Source: a bacterium (GTDB lineage Bacteria > Hinthialibacterota > Hinthialibacteria > Hinthialibacterales > Hinthialibacteraceae). Taken from it: a stretch of DNA of 64,000 nucleotides. This document shows, in pieces, positions 57,829-64,000 of this stretch. The number at the start of each line of letters is the position of its first letter. The first letter of the stretch is position 1. The position numbers and the translations under genes are program-made. Below the pieces are notes generated by a model. That model was given only the letters and a program-made list of their open reading frames with translations. It did not search any database and was not told the DNA's origin. The DNA lies in contig CAXXMV010000008.1 in assembly GCA_963662285.2 (NCBI GenBank), positions 992,001 through 1,056,000 of the forward strand, given 5' to 3'.

Positions 57829-60800
57829 TTATTTCTTCGACATAAAAATAGTTCCAGGATATGCTTGCCCAGGTTCTAAGGAATATATTTGTAAACTATC
57901 GATTCGTATAATATTTTGAGATGCTTCTGATTTACTGGCAACCTGTAGAGCGGGGGTCATCCAGGAACTGGAATCCGGTTCATATAAAAGAAACATGGTT
58001 TGTTCTTTTCCCGTACAATTCGCGACGTTAGCCCATTGCCGGAATCCCAGCGATCCATCAACACCCTCGTTTAAATTGAGGTTTCCTTTGAGTCCCACTA
58101 ACCATAGTGAAGCATCCGGCGCGTCTGACTGTACTTGCATTTTAAATAGATAGGGATAGCCCGTATAAGGGAGAGATTCCTTTGAATAAGTAAAAGCAAC
58201 CTGCCCGGATTGCACAGAGAATGCCAGCCCCCTGCGATCATTGCTTGAAGGCAGCAGGTTAGCGTCATGACTGAAATCACTCGCGAAAACCATGCCTGGA
58301 GATTCTTCAGTAAATCCTCCTGGAATTTCCTGCCATTTCATCGCTTGAAGATTCGGTTTAGAAAATTCATACTCAACAATCGGATTAAGATCGTTTACAA
58401 CTTGTGTAGAACCTGAATCTCCCGGAAGAGTCGAGAATAACTCTGAGGGATATACGCTATCTTGATCGATTTGATAAGCCTCAATCCGGTCAATCAGAAC
58501 TGTAGTAACGCCTTCTGCATCCAACCCAGCAACTTGAACAACTGGAGTTACTAATTCCTCTCCTACGGGATGATATAGGACGACTAGATTTTGTTCCATA
58601 GTGGATATCACAGATGAGTTTGACGATGTTATTAGAGATTGAGAGTTATCCACATTCACCCCGGAACTCAAGTTCCCTTTTAAGGCCGTCAACCATACGC
58701 CGGCATTAGGGGAATTGGCGCGCATAGAGGCGCGAATGAGCAAAGGCTTCCCTTCTGTCGCTATCGGTTCCAAAGCAAAGAACATGGTGATCTGTTTTTT
58801 CTGGATGGTGACAGCCAGCGCTTTTTTATCTTCACTGGAAGGAACCAAGGAAGGATCGAAACTAAAATCAAGGAATGATACTGTTCCGGGAGCATTACCT
58901 GAGAAGCCGCCCGGGATTTCCGCCCAACCATTAGCGCCGATATCATTTTGATCAAACTCGTAAGTTTTGATTGGATCGGGTTTCAAAACTGGATCAGCAG
59001 ACGATGGAACGACATCGATTGAAGTTATCGCCGGAGCGGTTGAATTATCAGAGTTATCCTGTACCAGTAGACTTAATGAATATTGCCCGTTCGGCGCATA
59101 ATCTCCAAACAATGAATTTGGGAAATTATCAATATTAAGATGAAACTTATCAGTACTGCTATCATAAGTAATATATTCTAATTCAGATATCTCTTTACTG
59201 ACATTAGTTTCAAGTTGAGAAATGCGAACAGATAGAACCACATCTTCGCCGCTGCTGTCTTTATCATGAGTCTCTTCATCTCGAATAGCGGCTTCCAGGA
59301 CAAGTGGTTCTCCACGAACATGCTCAATAGATGCAGGAACGCCTTCTATAGCTGGAGGAAGGTTGTCGTTTATACTTTCATCTTCTTCAACAAAGGCGGA
59401 ACCGATAATCAACGAAGCGAATTCTTCCTTCAAATCTGATTCCAACGGTTCCGGGACTTGCGCAATGTTCGGTTCCTGAATGCGCCTTAATTGATTCCGG
59501 GCATAAGCCAGAGATTTATAAACTGTTTTGCCTGATAAAATTGCATCGAAAAATAAATCTGAGAACGAGAAGGGTTGCCCCTGGCTGTCAGAGAAAATCG
59601 CAGGATGCTGATCTCCCGTGCTGGCGATTATTTCCAGTCCCTTGTGGGTAGGCAATCGATCACGAAGGAATCCCGCCTGTTGTATATCGATAATGACCAG
59701 CGTACGCTTATTGGCGTCTCTACAGCGAGGAGATAGAATTTCGGCTAATGTTGGACCATTAAGCGGCGTACCTGAAGCGAAATAGAACACGCCTCTTTCT
59801 CCCGAACCGATTAAATACAGGAGGAGAAACTCCGCTTCAGACGCCTGGTCAACTGCATCGATTAATCCTTGCTCGCTGGATTCAACATCCAACTGTGGAT
59901 TAGAACTATGAGACAGGAGAGTAACCGAGTCATCAGTCAGGCGTCTTTCGGAAACCAGGCTTTTGTAAATCGAGCCAGTCAGTTTTTCTATTTGACCTGC
60001 ACTGATGTCATCCCCGTCTTTGCCGCCCACAATAATTACATGTCCTGTATAATTTTCCAGACTTTGAGATTGCACCACCGAACGGTATTTCACTTTTCCA
60101 GGGAGATTAGCCCTGATAGAACCTACGGGAATGAACAATGGTTCGCTCTGTCCTCTCAGAGGAAGATAGTTTAATCCGATATCAAAGGAGGCGTCGATCC
60201 GCCACTGGACGTCATCAGGATCATTTATCAATTGATCAGAGTTTTCCACCAGAAATTCCGCTTCAAAATATCCACCACGATCAGAGACAGTTACTTTCTC
60301 AGTCACAGGATTGCTATCTCCCGGTCGGAGAGCACGGACGAATACATCAGATATCCCCGTATAGCTGCGAATCTGGCCTTTTACTACTACCGTTGACCCA
60401 GCAGTTTCATCCAGTTTGGATGGAGAAGCCAGATAGATGGGAATCGGTTCTCGATAGACGACATCGCCGTCAAGCGTCGTGTAACCGCGGGTAAGAATTT
60501 CGATTGACGCTTCCTCGGAATCACTCTTTGAGGGAGAACTGCCTTTGATAGAGAATTTTTCCACCAATCCTCTTGATGTAATGGAATCGAAAATATTATT
60601 GTCACTATTGGGCGTAAGGATCAACCGGGATACCGCGGGAGGAACCACTGGGTTCGGAACAAATCTCACGTCGAAACCATTTGGAGCATTAGGCGTGTAT
60701 AAATCCACTTTCTCATTAAATCCATTAACACCCTCAACATTGACGGTAAAAACAACGCTTTTGCCATTGCAACGGCGTAATAATTCAAGAGTTGTTATTT

Positions 60801-62745
60801 CCAATCCAGGTTCATTGGATATCTCCGTTGGCGTTGGAGTAGGCAATACAGGCGTTGGCGTCGGTAATGGTTCCGCTGGCGTAGGAGTTAATGTTGGCGT
60901 GGGAGTATCAGTCGGAGTTGATATAGGTGTATCAGTGGGTAAAACAGGCGTTGGCGTAGGTAGAATCCCATCAGTCCTACATATACGAAAACCACTGCCG
61001 TAGTACCCGAAGTCGGGATCGCTCCCGTAACGGCTCGCGGAACGACAGTACCTGGCATCGTAGCTCCAGCAGCCGCCCCGAAGAACCCTATAAATACCTG
61101 AGTTAGTAACAACGGGATCGATTACAGGAGTAGAAGGATAGTCACTATACCAATCCTGACACCACTCCCACACATTACCACTCATGTCAAACAAACCCCA
61201 GCGATTTGGCAATTTCGTAGCTACTTCTTTGGTTATATAGCCACTATTACCGTCATACCAAGCGTAGTCATTGATCTGTGAATCATTGGGATCATCTCCC
61301 CAATAAAAGCGTTCTGTCGTTCCTGCACGGCAGGCGTACTCCCACTCCGCTTCTGTGGGTAAACGAAATGTTCCTTGGCCCATCTGGTTCAGTTTAGTAA
61401 TGAACTCCTGGCAATCGTTCCATGATACTTGTTCAACTGGATTGTTTGGCATTTCACTAAAATAAGAGGGATTGTTTCCCATCACCGCTTCCCATTGGGC
61501 TTGAGTCACTTCATACTTCCCAATGTAGAAATCCTGTGTAAGAGTGACTTGATGCTGCGTCTCGTCAGAACCACGATCTTTATCACTTGACGGCGATCCC
61601 ATCATAAAGGTTCCTGCAGTGATGAACACCATCTCCAGCGGTTTGGCGCCTTCGGGGAGATCGGGAATATCGACTGTGATAGTTTCTATCTCCAGCGTCG
61701 GCGTGGGGGTTTTTGTCGGAGTTGGCATTGGCGTATTAGTAGGTGCAACAGGCTTTGTCTCATCATAAGTCCTGCACAAACGAAAACCCCTGCTGACGTT
61801 CATGTAGTAGGGGCCAAGTGCGTCACGGAACGCAGAACGGCAGTACCAGCTTTCGCTGCCCCAGCTGCCGCCCCGGTACACCCTGGTACTACCTGAATTT
61901 TCACCTTTTGGATCAACTATTGATCCCCGGTTGCTTGGTTCTTCCCACCAATCATTACACCATTCCCACACGTTGCCATGCATATCATATAGGTTCCAGG
62001 GATTGGGCTGTTTCAAGCCCACTTCTTTCGCGCCTGCTTCATTGCCGCTATAGGTATTATTTCCCTTCCACCACATATATTGATCGCCAATTTCTCTATA
62101 TGAATCTCCAAAATCAGGTATTTCCAAAGCGTTACCAAATGAAAAACGGGTTCGGGTTCCCGCCCGGCAAGCGTATTCCCACTCCGCTTCGGTTGGCAAC
62201 CGATACCCATTGGCGGTCCAATCAGTAGTCCAGTCCGATTCGTTATAAACCGGCGTTAATCCCTGTTGCTTACTAAGTTCGTTACAGAAACTCGCTGCAT
62301 TAATCCAAGTTACTTGTTCAACCGGATTGTCCGGTTTGTTTTGGAAACCGGATGGATTGTCGTCCATAACCGCTTGATATTGCGCCTGAGTAACTTCATA
62401 TCGCCCGATATAGAAATATTTTGTAAGAGTAACTTGATGAGGCGCCCACTCTAAATATTCATCTCTCCCCCGCTCATCCGCTGGCGATCCCATAGTAAAT
62501 GTCCCCGCCGGGATTAAAACCATTTCCAGCGGTTTGGCGTCTTCGGGGAGATTGGGGATATTGGGGATATCGACGATATCAGTATCTATTGTTTTTATAA
62601 TGAATGGTTTGAAATAGGCGGTGTGAGATGTAGCAGTATCTATTGTATTTATAGTGAATGGTTTATAATTGGCTGTATGAGTTGATGGATACACGCTTAG
62701 TGCGATTGTAAAAAACAGGAAAGTGGAAATAAAACAATGGCGCAT
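57829..62745 (-). CDS. Giant secreted protein: two FGE-sulfatase/CLec modules, Pro/Thr linkers, inactive clan CD domain, two shared C-terminal domains
   Basis: Start moved to ATG 62745 (MRHCFISTFLFFTIALSVYPS) after AGGAGA; two CLec modules; LYLIGSG...IIDIQQAG; GW.EIPGGF C-terminal domains. Confidence 0.87.
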   Translation of the reverse strand: MRHCFISTFLFFTIALSVYPSTHTANYKPFTINTIDTATSHTAYFKPFIIKTIDTDIVDIPNIPNLPEDAKPLEMVLIPAGTFTMGSPADERGRDEYLEWAPHQVTLTKYFYIGRYEVTQAQYQAVMDDNPSGFQNKPDNPVEQVTWINAASFCNELSKQQGLTPVYNESDWTTDWTANGYRLPTEAEWEYACRAGTRTRFSFGNALEIPDFGDSYREIGDQYMWWKGNNTYSGNEAGAKEVGLKQPNPWNLYDMHGNVWEWCNDWWEEPSNRGSIVDPKGENSGSTRVYRGGSWGSESWYCRSAFRDALGPYYMNVSRGFRLCRTYDETKPVAPTNTPMPTPTKTPTPTLEIETITVDIPDLPEGAKPLEMVFITAGTFMMGSPSSDKDRGSDETQHQVTLTQDFYIGKYEVTQAQWEAVMGNNPSYFSEMPNNPVEQVSWNDCQEFITKLNQMGQGTFRLPTEAEWEYACRAGTTERFYWGDDPNDSQINDYAWYDGNSGYITKEVATKLPNRWGLFDMSGNVWEWCQDWYSDYPSTPVIDPVVTNSGIYRVLRGGCWSYDARYCRSASRYGSDPDFGYYGSGFRICRTDGILPTPTPVLPTDTPISTPTDTPTPTLTPTPAEPLPTPTPVLPTPTPTEISNEPGLEITTLELLRRCNGKSVVFTVNVEGVNGFNEKVDLYTPNAPNGFDVRFVPNPVVPPAVSRLILTPNSDNNIFDSITSRGLVEKFSIKGSSPSKSDSEEASIEILTRGYTTLDGDVVYREPIPIYLASPSKLDETAGSTVVVKGQIRSYTGISDVFVRALRPGDSNPVTEKVTVSDRGGYFEAEFLVENSDQLINDPDDVQWRIDASFDIGLNYLPLRGQSEPLFIPVGSIRANLPGKVKYRSVVQSQSLENYTGHVIIVGGKDGDDISAGQIEKLTGSIYKSLVSERRLTDDSVTLLSHSSNPQLDVESSEQGLIDAVDQASEAEFLLLYLIGSGERGVFYFASGTPLNGPTLAEILSPRCRDANKRTLVIIDIQQAGFLRDRLPTHKGLEIIASTGDQHPAIFSDSQGQPFSFSDLFFDAILSGKTVYKSLAYARNQLRRIQEPNIAQVPEPLESDLKEEFASLIIGSAFVEEDESINDNLPPAIEGVPASIEHVRGEPLVLEAAIRDEETHDKDSSGEDVVLSVRISQLETNVSKEISELEYITYDSSTDKFHLNIDNFPNSLFGDYAPNGQYSLSLLVQDNSDNSTAPAITSIDVVPSSADPVLKPDPIKTYEFDQNDIGANGWAEIPGGFSGNAPGTVSFLDFSFDPSLVPSSEDKKALAVTIQKKQITMFFALEPIATEGKPLLIRASMRANSPNAGVWLTALKGNLSSGVNVDNSQSLITSSNSSVISTMEQNLVVLYHPVGEELVTPVVQVAGLDAEGVTTVLIDRIEAYQIDQDSVYPSELFSTLPGDSGSTQVVNDLNPIVEYEFSKPNLQAMKWQEIPGGFTEESPGMVFASDFSHDANLLPSSNDRRGLAFSVQSGQVAFTYSKESLPYTGYPYLFKMQVQSDAPDASLWLVGLKGNLNLNEGVDGSLGFRQWANVANCTGKEQTMFLLYEPDSSSWMTPALQVASKSEASQNIIRIDSLQIYSLEPGQAYPGTIFMSKK
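60985..61080 (-). repeat. DGR-like variable repeat VR-D (internal)
   Basis: CGG GGC GGC TGC TGG AGC TAC GAT GCC AGG TAC TGT CGT TCC GCG AGC CGT TAC GGG AGC GAT CCC GAC TTC GGG TAC TAC GGC AGT GGT TTT CGT; 10 of 13 NNC. Confidence 0.65.
61780..61875 (-). repeat. DGR-like variable repeat VR-E (internal, most diverged)
   Basis: CGG GGC GGC AGC TGG GGC AGC GAA AGC TGG TAC TGC CGT TCT GCG TTC CGT GAC GCA CTT GGC CCC TAC TAC ATG AAC GTC AGC AGG GGT TTT CGT; 10 of 13 NNC. Confidence 0.55.
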
Positions 62746-62856
62746 GATAGCGGTTCTCCTTGAAAATAATTTTCCTATAATCGTTACAAAAAAAATCACG
62801 GCAGTGACTTTTGACGCAGTAAAATGGAAAAAGGCAAAGGATAAAAGCTAACAGGT

Positions 62857-63960
62857 CTACTGAGTTCTGGATAGACGAAATCCAAAGTAGTAGCTCGCGT
62901 AGTCAGGTCCGTTGCCGCCGCGATCCGCCGAACGGCAGCTATCGGCGCTGTAGTTCCATACACCGCCGCGAAGCACTCTATAGTTACCAGAGTTAGTAAC
63001 AACGGGATCGATCTCAGGCGTGGAGGAATAGCCGCTATACGTATCCTGACACCATTCATACACGTTGCCGATCATATCAAACAAGTTCCAGGGATTTGGC
63101 AATTTCGTACCTACTTCTTTGGCGCCATTGACGATGTTGTTACCGCCATACCAAGCGTAATCTTCGATTTGCGTATAGTTAGGATCATCTCCCCAATAAA
63201 AGCGTTCTGTCGTTCCTGCACGGCAGGCGTATTCCCACTCCGCCTCTGTGGGTAGACGAAACGTTCCTAGATCCATCTGGTTCAGTTTAGAAATGAATTC
63301 CAGGCAATCATTCCATGAGACTTGTTCAACCGGATTGTTTGGATTACCAATGAAATATGAGGGATTGTTTCCCATAACCGCTTCCCATTGGGCTTGAGTC
63401 ACTTCATATTTCCCCATATAAAAGGATTTGCTGATTGTTACCTGGTGCTGTGGGCCTTCATCGGAACCTCGATCTTGTTCGCTATCCGGGCTTCCCATAG
63501 TAAAACTCCCCGCCGGGATCAATACCATCTCCAGCGGTTTGGCGCCTTGGGGAAGGTTTGGTAAAGGAATCGTAAAGTCTTCTATAAAATGGTCATCCGC
63601 AGTTACCGCAACGCCAAACAGAGTATTGAATACGCCTGGCATATCCTTCCCTGCATCCCAAATAACATGCTTGTTTTCTCCTGGAACCACTAAACCAACA
63701 TCGCCCGACAAACTTTCAGGGATTATGTTATATGTCGCTCCATTGTTATCCGAGAACCTTATGGAAATCATCAATTGTGAACTGTCCGGATCATCAACAT
63801 CATAATAGACATCCAGCAACTTTGATCCATCCGTCCGCTGTTCCGCACGAACGTTGCTGACAAACGGCGGTTCAGCGGCAAAAGCGCAGAATGACACAAA
63901 AAGGAAACCTATCAATAAACTAGTTCTCAAATACATCAAGCGTGATCCGGCCATAGTCAT
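62857..63960 (-). CDS. Secreted FGE-sulfatase/CLec protein with N-terminal Ig-like domain; canonical DGR-target architecture
   Basis: Signal peptide; VSNVRAEQRTDGSKLLDVYYD...KHVIWDAGKD domain; one CLec module ending GFRLSRTQ-stop. Confidence 0.9.
   Translation of the reverse strand: MTMAGSRLMYLRTSLLIGFLFVSFCAFAAEPPFVSNVRAEQRTDGSKLLDVYYDVDDPDSSQLMISIRFSDNNGATYNIIPESLSGDVGLVVPGENKHVIWDAGKDMPGVFNTLFGVAVTADDHFIEDFTIPLPNLPQGAKPLEMVLIPAGSFTMGSPDSEQDRGSDEGPQHQVTISKSFYMGKYEVTQAQWEAVMGNNPSYFIGNPNNPVEQVSWNDCLEFISKLNQMDLGTFRLPTEAEWEYACRAGTTERFYWGDDPNYTQIEDYAWYGGNNIVNGAKEVGTKLPNPWNLFDMIGNVYEWCQDTYSGYSSTPEIDPVVTNSGNYRVLRGGVWNYSADSCRSADRGGNGPDYASYYFGFRLSRTQ
62875..62970 (-). repeat. DGR-like variable repeat VR-F (3'-terminal)
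   Basis: CGC GGC GGT GTA TGG AAC TAC AGC GCC GAT AGC TGC CGT TCG GCG GAT CGC GGC GGC AAC GGA CCT GAC TAC GCG AGC TAC TAC TTT GGA TTT CGT; 12 of 13 NNC; five codons before the stop. Confidence 0.72.
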
Positions 63961-64000
63961 GCTCCAAATGTGAATTAAATATATCCAACCTCTAAAAGTA

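Noticed and set aside
48155-63560. FGE domains as true formylglycine-generating enzymes
   Set aside because: They lack the catalytic two-cysteine motif (RGGS.LC....C..YR) and are embedded in secreted multidomain proteins; a binding CLec fold is more likely.
1-64000. DGR reverse transcriptase, Avd or AAC-rich template repeat within the window
   Set aside because: No ORF with RT motifs (QG...S, YxDD in RT context) and no non-coding AAC-run copy of the VR was seen by eye; these would have to lie elsewhere.

Overview
Bacterial chromosomal window with no rRNA, tRNA, CRISPR or transposase seen. The pilin-like family and Vx2Wx2[YN] C-termini suggest a Sumerlaeota/Hinthialibacterota(OLB16)-like lineage (inference only). 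Left part (1-23.2 kb): a truncated propeller/PAS histidine kinase absent from the ORF track, rlmD, alaS, glycan-active genes (GH36-like, DUF2961/GH172-like, GH140-like, secreted nucleoside hydrolase, CBM-like proteins), a PAS hybrid kinase, a GT-C glycosyltransferase and two prepilin-type proteins. Right part (23.6-64 kb): a ~40 kb cluster of large, mostly secreted modular proteins built from shared parts: FGE-sulfatase/C-type-lectin-fold (CLec) modules, Pro/Thr linkers, active and catalytically dead clan CD (caspase/C13-like) protease domains and an unrecognised ~175 aa C-terminal domain present 10 times in 6 genes. It also holds a FadL/PorV-like barrel and a ~3 kb inverted duplication. Main finding: six of seven CLec modules end in a 96-99 bp segment that varies almost only at codon positions 1-2 of NNC codons, the signature of diversity-generating retroelement (DGR) adenine mutagenesis. 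Five of these segments are internal and tandem in giant proteins, and no reverse transcriptase or template repeat is visible in the window.
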